NCBI GenBank assembly: GCA_020638525.1 | Contig: JACKIL010000013.1 | Span: 2,483 to 66,482, forward strand | Direction: 5' to 3' | DNA length: 64,000 nt | Origin: Caulobacterales bacterium | GTDB taxonomy: Bacteria > Pseudomonadota > Alphaproteobacteria > Caulobacterales > Parvularculaceae | Shown here: piece after piece, positions 54,703 through 64,000 of the stretch | Numbering within the stretch: the stretch's first letter is position 1 | How the letters are laid out: each line of letters begins with the position of its first letter | Program-made: the position numbers and the translations under genes | The notes under the pieces: model-generated | Told to the model about the DNA's origin: nothing | Databases searched by the model: none | The model's input: only the letters and a program-made list of their open reading frames with translations

Positions 54703-55743
54703 ATGAAGATCGTCATCCTGCCAAGCCTGTGGTGGTCAAAGATCGACGCGCAGGCAGAGAAGGAGGCGACGCCGCCTGGCGACTTCCCGCGCCGGATGAT
54801 GCGCTGGCTCGAAGCCGACGGGCATGAGATCAAGGTGATCGAGCCCACCGAAGGCTGGCTCAATCCATACCCAAATCAGAGCTTCCTGCGCGGGCTCGAC
54901 CCGCTGAGGGCGGTGAAGGCGGTCGCCGGCGCCGCCCGCGACGCCGACATCGTCGTTTCGACATTCGAGGCCGGCGCCGTGGGGCTGCTGGCGCTTCGCC
55001 ATCTCGCTTTTTTCAAACCGAAGATCGCCCTTTGGGAGTTCAATCCGGACCCGGACTGGGCGGTGCGAACGCGCATCCAGCATTTCATCACGCCCAAACT
55101 CGACCTCGTCATGGTGCTCGACGAGACGCAGAAGGAATATCTCGAAAAGCTCGACAAGCCCCCGCGGCGGATCGAGGTTATCGGCGCGCATGTCGACGAA
55201 GAGTTCTATTCGCCCGCGCCCGAAATGCGCCGCCCGCGGCGTGTCCTCGCTGTCGGGAACGATGTGGGACGGGATTTCGAGACGTTCTTCAGTGCGGTCG
55301 ATGGTATGGACGCTGAGGTCGTCGTCGTCTCGCAGATCATCGCGGGTCCGACGCCGGCCAATGTGGAGATTGTCGCCGACTACGTTCCGTTTCCGGCGTT
55401 TCGCGATCACTACCGGAGCGCGGACGTGGTGGCGGTGCCGCTCAAGCCGGCGCTGCATCCGGGCGGCGTTTCAACGGTGACCGAGGCGATGGCCTGCGGC
55501 TCGGCGGTTGTCGTGAGCGAATCGCCCGGCATTCAAAGCTTCGTTCGGCATGGCGAGACCGCGCATGTCGTGCCGGCGGGCAATCCGGCCGCTCTCAGGG
55601 CAGGCATAGAGCTGGTGCTGAACGATGCGGCCTATGCGGAACGTCTGCGCCGCAATGCGCGCGCAGAGATGACGGGCCGGCTCTCGCAGCGCGCTTTCGC
55701 CAAACGCTTCGAGGACGCTTTGCAGAAGGCGGTCAACGATTGA
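54703..55743 (+). CDS. glycosyltransferase family 4 (GT-B)
   Basis: AVGN..RDF, ADVVAVPL, GVSTVTEAMACG.AVVVS, VPAGNP. Confidence 0.88.
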   Translation: MKIVILPSLWWSKIDAQAEKEATPPGDFPRRMMRWLEADGHEIKVIEPTEGWLNPYPNQSFLRGLDPLRAVKAVAGAARDADIVVSTFEAGAVGLLALRHLAFFKPKIALWEFNPDPDWAVRTRIQHFITPKLDLVMVLDETQKEYLEKLDKPPRRIEVIGAHVDEEFYSPAPEMRRPRRVLAVGNDVGRDFETFFSAVDGMDAEVVVVSQIIAGPTPANVEIVADYVPFPAFRDHYRSADVVAVPLKPALHPGGVSTVTEAMACGSAVVVSESPGIQSFVRHGETAHVVPAGNPAALRAGIELVLNDAAYAERLRRNARAEMTGRLSQRAFAKRFEDALQKAVND

Positions 55744-55752
55744 AGCCGATGA

Positions 55753-56628
55753 TTATCGCGCGCCGGCGCGGCTCGCTGCCTCTGCGCGCAGGCGCTTGAG
55801 CATCTCGCGATCCACGAAATAATTGACGGGATCAAGGCGCGGGCGAAGGCCGGCGAGCGATTGCGGCGTGTAGATGGACTCGATCTTTTCCGGCATTGCG
55901 CCGACGCCGCCTTCCTTGAGCATCGCGTAGAGAATCTGCGTCTGGAAATAGCGACGTGAATAACGGCGAAGACGGCGGCGATAAATCTGCAGGTCGCGTG
56001 CGTTTATCTGCAGCGAGTCGAACTCGAAGAAGGCGTCGGTCGCGACTGCGATGCGCTCCTTGTGGCTGTCGTCGCGCCCGCCTTTGAGGTCGGTAAGCAT
56101 CAGATAGCTGAGAATGCCATCCTCACCGACCGATCCGATGGGCAAGCGAATGTTCCGCTCACGAATGAGGCGCGCAGCTGTTCCGCGCACGGCGTAAAGG
56201 TTGCCGCTGAGATAGCTGTTGAGAAAGAGGCGCGCCGCCCAGGACTTGCGGCTGCGTCCCGTGGCGGGCAGCGCCGCCGCCGCGTAGGACTGCGGCGCCG
56301 CTTTAAACGCTTCGTTCAGCGCTTTGAACGAATTCGCGGAGGGACGAACGTCGCCGTCGATGAAGACGTGCATCTCGGCGTCGCCGGCGACGCGGTGCAC
56401 ATACTCATTCCATGCGTTCGATTTGTCGCCAAGAGAGAGATGGTGGGCGTTGATGCGCGGGTCTGCGGCCGCGAAGGTCCTCGCGACGCTCGCGGTCTGA
56501 TCGCTCGACCCGTTCTCCATGATGTGTACGACGTATTCGCCGCCCGCCGCTGCTGCATCGAGGGCCTTCAGGCACTGGGGCAGGAGCCGCTCTTCATTGT
56601 GGGCGAAAATGCAGACTGACCAGACCAT
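55753..56628 (-). CDS. glycosyltransferase family 2 (GT-A)
   Basis: SVCIFAHNEE, NGSSDQT, DKSNAWN, FIDGD (DxD), GED; start uncertain (56628 or 56670). Confidence 0.85.
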   Translation of the reverse strand: MVWSVCIFAHNEERLLPQCLKALDAAAAGGEYVVHIMENGSSDQTASVARTFAAADPRINAHHLSLGDKSNAWNEYVHRVAGDAEMHVFIDGDVRPSANSFKALNEAFKAAPQSYAAAALPATGRSRKSWAARLFLNSYLSGNLYAVRGTAARLIRERNIRLPIGSVGEDGILSYLMLTDLKGGRDDSHKERIAVATDAFFEFDSLQINARDLQIYRRRLRRYSRRYFQTQILYAMLKEGGVGAMPEKIESIYTPQSLAGLRPRLDPVNYFVDREMLKRLRAEAASRAGAR

Positions 56629-56743
56629 TAACCTTGACGCGGCTCCGACGGGACAGGCGGGCATACGCATTGGAGAGGAAGGCGCGCGCAGGCTTTCCCG
56701 AATCAGCGGCGCGCCGAGTGAGGTAAGAACTCTTTCGGGCGAG

Positions 56744-57052
56744 TTATCCGCCTGTTGGCGACTGCGGTCCAGCGTCATTTTGCGCCGTCTCGCTCGTCGG
56801 CGTCGTTTCCTCGACAACCACCCGGATGTTCTTCGGGCCCCGCTTGCCGGCGAACCTGACAAGCTTGTCGAACCAGCGCCATTTGCGGCGCATTCGCCGA
56901 ACGAGCGGACGGGCCGCCGGGTTGGCGAGCGCAATCATGATGATGCCCAGAACGACAAGCGGCACGCCCGCCGGCAGGGGGGAGATCGCGGCGATGACCC
57001 CGTAGACGATCAGCACGAAGCCGACGAGAGATGTGACGATCCGCCGGATCAT
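56744..57052 (-). CDS. small hypothetical membrane protein (two TM helices with SPLPAG turn, basic tail)
   Basis: hydrophobic hairpin then R/K-rich segment; AAGGA SD upstream on minus strand. Confidence 0.7.
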   Translation of the reverse strand: MIRRIVTSLVGFVLIVYGVIAAISPLPAGVPLVVLGIIMIALANPAARPLVRRMRRKWRWFDKLVRFAGKRGPKNIRVVVEETTPTSETAQNDAGPQSPTGG

Positions 57053-57085
57053 ATCCTTTTCCGCCGCCAGCCTGTCTGCCGGCTT

Positions 57086-57826
57086 TCAGTTGGCTTTTAG
57101 GCGAAGGGAATGAAGGAATTCATAGTCAGGCATGCAGGCTTCAGCCGAGCGGGCAAGGTCGCGGTCGAGAGCCGGCGCGGTTTCGGGCGGCGCGCGGAAA
57201 CCGGTGGAGGCGCGTACGGCGTCATACCAGTGCGGCGCCCAGGGCCCGTCCGTCTCGCGCGCGCCCGCCGGCCAGGACAGCATCTTCTCCGTGAAGGGAA
57301 TTTTCAGCGCTTCGCATAGCGCGCCGAGCGCGCCTTTTGGATTCGCCAGAACATCGGCTGCATCGACAACCGGGCAGGGCCTGCCATGCGCTTTCAAGAA
57401 TTCGTGAATGCGGCGTTCGACCCTGTAGCTGTCGATGACCGGCGCGACGTCTTCATACTTCTTCGAGAAGGAGGCGAGCATCCGCTTCGGATCGCGGATC
57501 AGCAGGAATGTCCGGTGGTCCAGGAGCCAGTCGAGCGGCTCTTTATCCGGATAATGATAGGCGATGTGTTTTTCGAAGAGGATCGATCTGCCGGGTGGAA
57601 GCGGCGCCTTGAAGCTCTCAATGACGTCTTCCCAGCGCGATGCGCGCGCGGCGAGTGTTTCCTCCCGATAAGGATGATCGGCGCCAGTCTCGGCGAGATA
57701 GCAGCCGTAGAAAGGCTCGTCGATGACGACTGTGTCCGGCCTGTTCTCGAAAGAGCGCATCATCGTCGTCGAGATGTTGCGCGGGCCGGACCACATGGCG
57801 ATGCGGATCATGTCAGTGTCGCTCAT
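57086..57826 (-). CDS. sulfotransferase-like P-loop protein
   Basis: RIAMWSGPRNISTTMMRSF, DEPFY, LLIRDP, GPWAPHWY. Confidence 0.8.
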   Translation of the reverse strand: MSDTDMIRIAMWSGPRNISTTMMRSFENRPDTVVIDEPFYGCYLAETGADHPYREETLAARASRWEDVIESFKAPLPPGRSILFEKHIAYHYPDKEPLDWLLDHRTFLLIRDPKRMLASFSKKYEDVAPVIDSYRVERRIHEFLKAHGRPCPVVDAADVLANPKGALGALCEALKIPFTEKMLSWPAGARETDGPWAPHWYDAVRASTGFRAPPETAPALDRDLARSAEACMPDYEFLHSLRLKAN

Positions 57827-58218
57827 TCGGCAGGCGTTCCGTGTTCGGCCTCATAGGCTTTGAGCAGGCGTTTGGGCGCTTGCGCGCGCCAGACGCGGAG
57901 AAAGTTCGCCTGCACCCAGTCGAGGTCGACGCGCTCTGGCCGCGCGAGAACCAGTTGATGGGCCCGATAATGCGGCGTGAAGAAGAAAGTGTCCGGGTCC
58001 GCCTCAACGAGCATGTCGCGCTCCTCGAACGGAACCTTGAAGACCGGCGCATTTTCGGATGGGCTCCAGAAAAACCACAACTTGCCATGCGCTTTCAGGC
58101 AGGGCTGGCCCCAGGAGACGGCCTCCGAAACGCCTGGAAGGTCGAGCGACAGCGCAAGATCGCGCAACGTGTCATAGGTGACGGGCTTCTTGCGTTTCGC
58201 GGCCTTCTTCGCGGGCAT
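57823..58218 (-). CDS. MmcQ/YjbR family protein
   Basis: LPGVSE..SWGQP.LK..GK, DPDTFFFTPHY, W...APKRL. Confidence 0.82.
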   Translation of the reverse strand: MPAKKAAKRKKPVTYDTLRDLALSLDLPGVSEAVSWGQPCLKAHGKLWFFWSPSENAPVFKVPFEERDMLVEADPDTFFFTPHYRAHQLVLARPERVDLDWVQANFLRVWRAQAPKRLLKAYEAEHGTPAE

Positions 58219-58221
58219 GGC

Positions 58222-59154
58222 TCAGCGCCCCTTCGCCGCTTCCGCAGCAACGTGTCTTTTGTAGAGGCTCTGAAGGCGCTCGACCATCGGCCCACGCGCT
58301 TCGCAAATCTTCCGGCCATCGACCTCGCTGACAGGAGTGACGCCCGCGAAGGTGCCTGTGAGAAACGCTTCTTCGGCGTTGTAGACATCGTGCACGGAGA
58401 AGTTTTTCTCCCGAACGATGACGCCATCGGCGCGCGCAAGTTCGATGATGATCCCGCGCGTAATGCCGCCGAGGCAATAATCGCCGGACGAGGTCCAGAT
58501 CTCGCCGTCCTTGACGATAAAGAAATGCGTTGAATTGCACGTCGCGACGAAGCCGTGCGGGTCGAGCATCAGGGCTTCATCGGCGCCGGCCTTCGCCGCC
58601 TGAATGCACGCCATGATGCAGTTCAGCTTGGAGTGGGAGTTGAGCTTCTGGTCCTGTCCGTCGGGATAGCCTCGGCGCACATGCACCGTGAAGAGCCTTT
58701 TGCCGGCGCTCGCCGCTTCGGCGACCGGCCGTTTGAACTCGGGGATGATGACGATGGTGGGGCCGGAAATTGTCGCGCGCGGGTCCTGATAGGGCGTCGC
58801 TTTCACGCCGCGCGAGACCATCAGGCGAATGTGAACGCCGTCATGCGCGTCGTTCGCGTCGAGACAATCATAAAGCCGCTTTGATAGCGCTTCCTTTGAC
58901 AGGCCCATATCGAAGTCGAGCGTTTTCGCACCTTCCCACAGGCGTTTCAGATGCCGGTCGAGAAAAGCGATGACGCCTTTTCCGTCCGGCCCCGGATGAA
59001 CGCGCAAGCCTTCCCACACGCCGTCGCCCAGCACGAAGCCGGAATCGAACACGGAGACTTTCGCCTCATGGCGTGGAAAGAGCGCGCCATTGACGTCAAT
59101 CAGGATGTTGTCGTTGCGCGGATCGGGGGCGTAAGCGTGGGTCGAATGGGTCAT
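58222..59154 (-). CDS. fold-type IV PLP enzyme (aminotransferase class IV-like, non-canonical active site)
   Basis: KVSVFDSGFVLGDGVWEGLR, HLKRL, GITR, EEAFLTGT. Confidence 0.9.
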   Translation of the reverse strand: MTHSTHAYAPDPRNDNILIDVNGALFPRHEAKVSVFDSGFVLGDGVWEGLRVHPGPDGKGVIAFLDRHLKRLWEGAKTLDFDMGLSKEALSKRLYDCLDANDAHDGVHIRLMVSRGVKATPYQDPRATISGPTIVIIPEFKRPVAEAASAGKRLFTVHVRRGYPDGQDQKLNSHSKLNCIMACIQAAKAGADEALMLDPHGFVATCNSTHFFIVKDGEIWTSSGDYCLGGITRGIIIELARADGVIVREKNFSVHDVYNAEEAFLTGTFAGVTPVSEVDGRKICEARGPMVERLQSLYKRHVAAEAAKGR

Positions 59155-59227
59155 GCGCCCGATTTTGGGTCGGCTCGTTCGATCTATCAACGGTTTTCGT
59201 ATCGCGCGGGCGCGGCGCCCTTTGAGA

Positions 59228-59731
59228 TCACTTTAAGGGGAGGCGCATCATGATGACGTCGAGGTCGCCTTCCCACGCGCCGCCCTGTTTGACGCTCTCG
59301 ACTTCAAAGCCGAGGCGCTTGTAGAGGCCCATGGAAACATCAAGGCCGGGCGTCGTCTCCAGAAAGACGGAATCCCATCCGTGTTTGATGGCGTGATCGA
59401 TCGCGAGCCTCACCAGTTTGCCGCCGAGACCGAGTCCGCGGACTGAAGGGTGCGTCAGCACCCAGCGCAATTGACCATGCGTTCGCGCGCCGTCGCGCCG
59501 TTCCAGCATCGCCGCGCTGGCGACAAGTTCGCCGTTTTTCTCGGCGAGAAACACCTGGCCGCGGCCTTCGTTCTCCAGAATGAATTCCGCCACTGTCTTC
59601 GCGACATAGGCTTCGAAGGTCAGCCCGAAATGCGGGTCTTCATGCTGATAGGCGGAGCCGTGAAAGGCGACGAGCCGGCCGAGATCGCCGGGCTGCAGGG
59701 AAGTGCGGATCGTAATTTCTGCGTCAGTCAT
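59228..59731 (-). CDS. GNAT family N-acetyltransferase
   Basis: QLRW...HPSVRGLGLG, LYKRLGF. Confidence 0.88.
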   Translation of the reverse strand: MTDAEITIRTSLQPGDLGRLVAFHGSAYQHEDPHFGLTFEAYVAKTVAEFILENEGRGQVFLAEKNGELVASAAMLERRDGARTHGQLRWVLTHPSVRGLGLGGKLVRLAIDHAIKHGWDSVFLETTPGLDVSMGLYKRLGFEVESVKQGGAWEGDLDVIMMRLPLK

Positions 59732-59890
59732 CGCGGGCCTCCGGCGCCTGTGGGAAAGGTGCGGCGCAGCATTCTGATGGCGCCGCAGGACCGATGAGGC
59801 AAGGCCGCGGGCTGCATAAGCTCATTTTGACTGTACTTGACGGCCCAAAAGCGGGCGCCCAAAACGATGCAAGGTCAGGGAGACTGAAGC

Positions 59891-60931
59891 ATGACGAAAT
59901 ACCGCAATATTCTGGAAACCATCGGGCGAACGCCGGTTGTGAGGATCAACAAGCTCGCGCCCGAAGGCGTCAACCTCTATGTGAAAATGGAAGCCTTCAA
60001 TCCGCTCGGTTCCGTGAAGGACAGGCTCGCCCTTGGCGTGATCGAAGCGGCGGAAAAATCCGGCGCGTTGAAGCCGGGCCAGACCATCGTCGAGGCGACG
60101 AGCGGCAACACCGGCATCGGCCTTGCGATGGTCTGTGCACAGAAGGGATATCCGCTGGTGATCACCATGGCGGAGAGTTTTTCTGTCGAGCGCCGCAAGC
60201 TGATGCGTTTCCTCGGCGCGAAGGTCATCCTTACGCCTGCGAAAGATCGCGGCACAGGCATGGTCAACAAGGCGAAAGAACTCGCGGAGAAAAACGGCTG
60301 GTTTACGACGCGCCAGTTCGAGAACGAAGCGAACCCGGACACGCATGAACGCACGACCGCGCGCGAAATCATCGAAGACTTCAAGGGTGAGCGCCTCGAC
60401 TACTGGGTGACGGGATACGGCACCGGCGGAACGCTCGCGGGCGTTGCGCGCGTGTTGCGTAAAGAGCGGCCCGAAACGAAAATCGTCGTCAGCGAGCCCG
60501 ATGTCGCCGCGCTGGTGACGAGCGGTTCGGGACAGGAGCGCCTTCCCGACGGGAGCCCGGCGAAAAGTCATCCAGCATGGACGCCGCATCCCATCCAGGG
60601 GTGGGTTCCTGACTTCATCCCGCTTGTCGCACAGGAAGCGATCGACAAGGGCATGATCGATGAAGTGCTCAAGGTCACCGGCGCCGACGCCATGAAGTGC
60701 TCGAAGGATCTCGCCCAGAAGGAAGGCGTCTTCGTCGGCATTTCGAGCGGGGCGACTTTCGCAACGGCGCTTGAAGTCGCCAGAAAAGCGCAGAAGGGCG
60801 CGACCATCCTCTGCATGCTGCCGGATACGGGCGAGCGCTATCTGTCGACGCCGCTTTTCGGCTCGATCGAGGCGGATATGGACGAGAATGAGAAGGCGCT
60901 TTCCGCTTCAACGCCGGGTTATCAGCTCTAG
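59891..60931 (+). CDS. cysK: cysteine synthase (O-acetylserine sulfhydrylase)
   Basis: NPLGSVKDR, EATSGNTG, GTGGT, PDTGERYLST. Confidence 0.93.
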   Translation: MTKYRNILETIGRTPVVRINKLAPEGVNLYVKMEAFNPLGSVKDRLALGVIEAAEKSGALKPGQTIVEATSGNTGIGLAMVCAQKGYPLVITMAESFSVERRKLMRFLGAKVILTPAKDRGTGMVNKAKELAEKNGWFTTRQFENEANPDTHERTTAREIIEDFKGERLDYWVTGYGTGGTLAGVARVLRKERPETKIVVSEPDVAALVTSGSGQERLPDGSPAKSHPAWTPHPIQGWVPDFIPLVAQEAIDKGMIDEVLKVTGADAMKCSKDLAQKEGVFVGISSGATFATALEVARKAQKGATILCMLPDTGERYLSTPLFGSIEADMDENEKALSASTPGYQL

Positions 60932-61026
60932 CGCGCCGTCATTCATTCGCCTTTGACACAGCAAGGTTTCCCCCTTCATCCTGACGCGCGATTCACCGGA
61001 TCGCATTCAGGGCGAAGGGGACCTCC

Positions 61027-62661
61027 ATGAGAGCTATTTTCATTTCCGCCGTTTCAGCGCTGGCGCTCGCCGCCTGCGCGCCGTTATCCGAAAGCCATAA
61101 CAGCGAACCGGAAACAAAAGCGGCGGATTACGCGGCGTCAGGATTGATCGCCGGAACCCTGCCTGAGATCGCGGAGGCTCTGGCCGCTGGGGAAACGACG
61201 TCGGAAGCGCTCGTCAGCGAATATCTTGAGCGGATCAAACAGGTCGATCGCGCGGGGCCGACATTGCAGGCGGTTCTCACCATTAATCCGAATGCGCTCG
61301 CCGATGCGCGTGCGTCGGATGCGCGGCGCGCTTCCGGCGAAGCGCTGGGCGCGCTCGACGGCGCGCCGATCCTCCTCAAGGACAATATCGAGTCTGCGGA
61401 CCAGATGCCGACGACGGCCGGCTCGCTCGCGCTCAAAGACAATGTGACGGGAAGGGACTCGCCGCTCGTCGCCGGACTGCGCGCGCAAGGCGCGATCATC
61501 CTCGGCAAGACCAATCTCAGCGAATGGGCGAACTTTCGTTCCGACTATTCAATGAGCGGCTGGTCGGCGCTTGGCGGGCAAACGCGCAACCCGCACATGC
61601 TTGACCGGAACCCGTGCGGATCGAGCTCGGGCTCAGGCGCGGGCGTCGCCGCCTCGCTCGCTGCGGGCGCCGTCGGCACGGAAACGAACGGCTCCATCAT
61701 CTGTCCGTCGAACGTCAACGGGATTGTCGGGTTCAAACCGACGGTCGGTCTCGTCTCGCAGCAATATATCGTTCCGATTTCAGCGACGCAGGACACGGCC
61801 GGGCCGATGACGAAGTCGGTGAAGGGCGCGGCGATGATGCTCTCTGCCATGGCGACAGGCGAAGCAAAAACAGACTACGCGGCGGCGCTCGACGCACAGT
61901 CCCTGAAGGGAACGCGAGTCGGCGTTGCTCGTTTCGCGCAAGGAAACAATCCCGCCACGATTGCGCGTTTCGATGCGGCGCTCCACGAGTTGGAAGCGGC
62001 TGGCGCGATTCTCGTCGAGCTCACGCCCCCAGACATTGACGAACGTGCGCTGAGAGACGCCGAGCTGCTGGTGATGAGCCACGAGTTCAAGGCGGGGATG
62101 GACGCCTATCTTTCGGACGCCGCCCCTGCAGCTGAGGTGCGCAGCCTCGATGCGCTCATCTCTTTCAACAGAGAGCACGCCGATGTCGAGATGACGCTTT
62201 TCGGGCAGGACAGGGCGGAGGATGCTGCCGCGGCGGGCGGGCTCGATGACCCCGCTTATCTCAATGCGCGCGAGACGGCGCTACGTCTGATGCGTGCGGA
62301 AGGAATCGACAAGCTTCTCGCAGACAATGACGTGAAGGTCATCGTCGCGCCTTCGGGAACGCCGTCGCCGCGCATCGACCAGGTCAATGGCGATGTGTGG
62401 CCCGAATGGGTTGGCCTCGACTATATGGCGGCGATCGCCGGCTATCCGCATCTCACCGTGCCGATGGGAACGATCAACGCCGCGCCAATCGGGCTTTCCT
62501 TCATTGCGTCGGCGAATGAAGACGTTGCGGTTCTTTCTTACGGATACGCGTTCGAGCAGCAATCAAAATTGCGCGCTGAGCCGCATTATCTGAAGAACGC
62601 GGAAGCAGTTCCCGAAATCGCTGTGGCGTTGAAGCGGAAAGGCGAATTGCTCGCTGAATAG
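61027..62661 (+). CDS. amidase signature family protein, probable lipoprotein
   Basis: LLKDNI, GKTNLSEWANFRS, GSSSGS, GTETNGSI; LAAC lipobox. Confidence 0.92.
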   Translation: MRAIFISAVSALALAACAPLSESHNSEPETKAADYAASGLIAGTLPEIAEALAAGETTSEALVSEYLERIKQVDRAGPTLQAVLTINPNALADARASDARRASGEALGALDGAPILLKDNIESADQMPTTAGSLALKDNVTGRDSPLVAGLRAQGAIILGKTNLSEWANFRSDYSMSGWSALGGQTRNPHMLDRNPCGSSSGSGAGVAASLAAGAVGTETNGSIICPSNVNGIVGFKPTVGLVSQQYIVPISATQDTAGPMTKSVKGAAMMLSAMATGEAKTDYAAALDAQSLKGTRVGVARFAQGNNPATIARFDAALHELEAAGAILVELTPPDIDERALRDAELLVMSHEFKAGMDAYLSDAAPAAEVRSLDALISFNREHADVEMTLFGQDRAEDAAAAGGLDDPAYLNARETALRLMRAEGIDKLLADNDVKVIVAPSGTPSPRIDQVNGDVWPEWVGLDYMAAIAGYPHLTVPMGTINAAPIGLSFIASANEDVAVLSYGYAFEQQSKLRAEPHYLKNAEAVPEIAVALKRKGELLAE

Positions 62662-62703
62662 ACGTAACTCAATCGGCATGCGAGTCAGCAGAGCGGCTAT
62701 GCG

Positions 62704-63483
62704 CTATTTGCGCGCCTTCTTGCCGGAGTCCTCCAGCGATGCGATTCCCGCTTCAAGGACAATAACTTCTCCGCGCAGGTTGGCGCGCGCAGTGTTCATC
62801 GCTGAAGCATGCAGTTGCAGGTCCCGAACGAGCTCCGGGTCTCTTCGAAGCTCTTCCGCCGCGGCGAAGATATCTGCATCGGGAGCGTCGATCCGGCATT
62901 CATCGACAAAACTTACAACTGCGTTTCGTCCGTCCCTTATGTCGCTGCAGCCGGCTCGGATGGCTTTCTGGACATTATGAGAAAGAATGCTCCGAACGCG
63001 CCTGCGAAGCGGCGAGCTTGTGACGTCGCTGGCTGTTTGCTCGGAAATGTCGCTGCCGAAATAAAATGATATGCCGCCTTCAACTGCATCGCGTGGCATA
63101 AGGCCAAGCTCGCCTGCGGAGACAATTTCATCCCAAGTCGCCCGTGTTTGCGGATTATGGGCGAATTCAGTCGAACGATAAACATTGACGACGAGTTCCC
63201 TGGGGTCGGAATTGGGGTCGGCCAGAAGCACGATTGAATTTTCCAGACTCTTATTCACTTCGTCGAAATAAGCGACGAGCGAACGTCGCCCCTCCAGGTC
63301 GTACTTCAAATCCGTCGCCAGTCGCTCAGCATATTCCTCTCCGCGTCGCGCATCCATTTGCGCCGCATTCCAGTTCGACACCTGGATGCCGATAAAAACG
63401 CCCACGACAACGATAACGAAGTCGAGGAACACCGCCGTCCAGTGCTGCTTCCTCACATGCTCGATGACGCGGCGGAGGATCAT
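62704..63483 (-). CDS. hypothetical protein with single N-terminal TM (MILRR..Q.W...DFVIVVVGVFIGIQV.NWN type)
   Basis: 259-aa ORF, TM followed by helical soluble domain; visibly AT-richer than flanks. Confidence 0.75.
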   Translation of the reverse strand: MILRRVIEHVRKQHWTAVFLDFVIVVVGVFIGIQVSNWNAAQMDARRGEEYAERLATDLKYDLEGRRSLVAYFDEVNKSLENSIVLLADPNSDPRELVVNVYRSTEFAHNPQTRATWDEIVSAGELGLMPRDAVEGGISFYFGSDISEQTASDVTSSPLRRRVRSILSHNVQKAIRAGCSDIRDGRNAVVSFVDECRIDAPDADIFAAAEELRRDPELVRDLQLHASAMNTARANLRGEVIVLEAGIASLEDSGKKARK

Positions 63484-64000
63484 TGCGCCGCTCCCAATGC
63501 GGTCAGCAAGTTGCTTTGGCGATCGAGAACTTCCTGATTCAAACTGACGGTGGCCTGCATCATTTCCCGGACGGCCGCGACGGCGTTGATGAATTTCTCA
63601 TCGGAGCACAGCGCATCAAAATCATAGAAAACCTTGTCCGGATCGACTGCCGGCGCATAGTCGAGGTTACCATCCAGAATGAAACGAACGCGGGAACGCA
63701 CATAGTTCACGTGCGGCACGATCCGCCCCGTCAATTGCGGTTCAATCGCAAACTCAGTTCGATATACGCGCACCGTATCCGAAATGGACCGCCGCAAATC
63801 GGGACCGCCGATCAGCTTGAAGTCGCCGGTTGCGTTCAGTTCGTCGATTGTGCCCATCACCATCGTGGGTAGGTCAAACCTGCCTATATTGTACAAGCCG
63901 GCGGCAAACGCGCTCGCCTCGCCAGCGTCCAGATGACAAGAGGTCAACGCCGTCAGCACTAGGTCGAGCTGGCTTATCTGGAGCAGGCTATAGTCGATCT
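63480..64000 (-). CDS. hypothetical protein (5' truncated), probable paralog of the downstream gene
   Basis: frame open to window edge; TIDELNATGDFKLI resembles TWDEIVSAGELGLM of the neighbour; ATGA overlap. Confidence 0.65.
   Translation of the reverse strand, partial: IDYSLLQISQLDLVLTALTSCHLDAGEASAFAAGLYNIGRFDLPTMVMGTIDELNATGDFKLIGGPDLRRSISDTVRVYRTEFAIEPQLTGRIVPHVNYVRSRVRFILDGNLDYAPAVDPDKVFYDFDALCSDEKFINAVAAVREMMQATVSLNQEVLDRQSNLLTALGAAQ

Noticed and set aside
59732-59890. SAM-type riboswitch upstream of cysK
   Set aside because: No recognisable consensus; the region looks like a simple divergent promoter

Overview
GC-rich alphaproteobacterial chromosome segment. Gene content and synteny suggest a Parvularculaceae/Caulobacterales-like organism, which is inference only. 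Bases 1-28.7 kb hold the core transcription/translation supercluster: rplJL-rpoBC, str (rpsL-rpsG-fusA-tuf), S10, spc, secY-adk and alpha (rpsM-rpsK-rpoA-rplQ). Bases 28.8-64 kb are a housekeeping backbone (degP-like, rarA, crcB, RluA-family, ATP12, trpE, ppiD-like, tpiA, secG, pyrG, pdhB, pdhC, cysK) interleaved with accessory genes. No rRNA, tRNA, CRISPR, transposase or prophage was recognised. Main signals: (1) a fold-type IV PLP enzyme whose canonical catalytic Lys and pyridine-binding Glu appear replaced, in a tight operon with a YjbR-like gene and a sulfotransferase-like gene; (2) two different palindromic repeat elements in frame inside the linkers of pdhB and pdhC; (3) a stand-alone TsdA-like diheme cytochrome; (4) an adenylate kinase lacking the G-F/Y-P-R motif; (5) pdhBC without adjacent pdhA or lpdA. 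All family calls were made by eye from motifs, with no database search.
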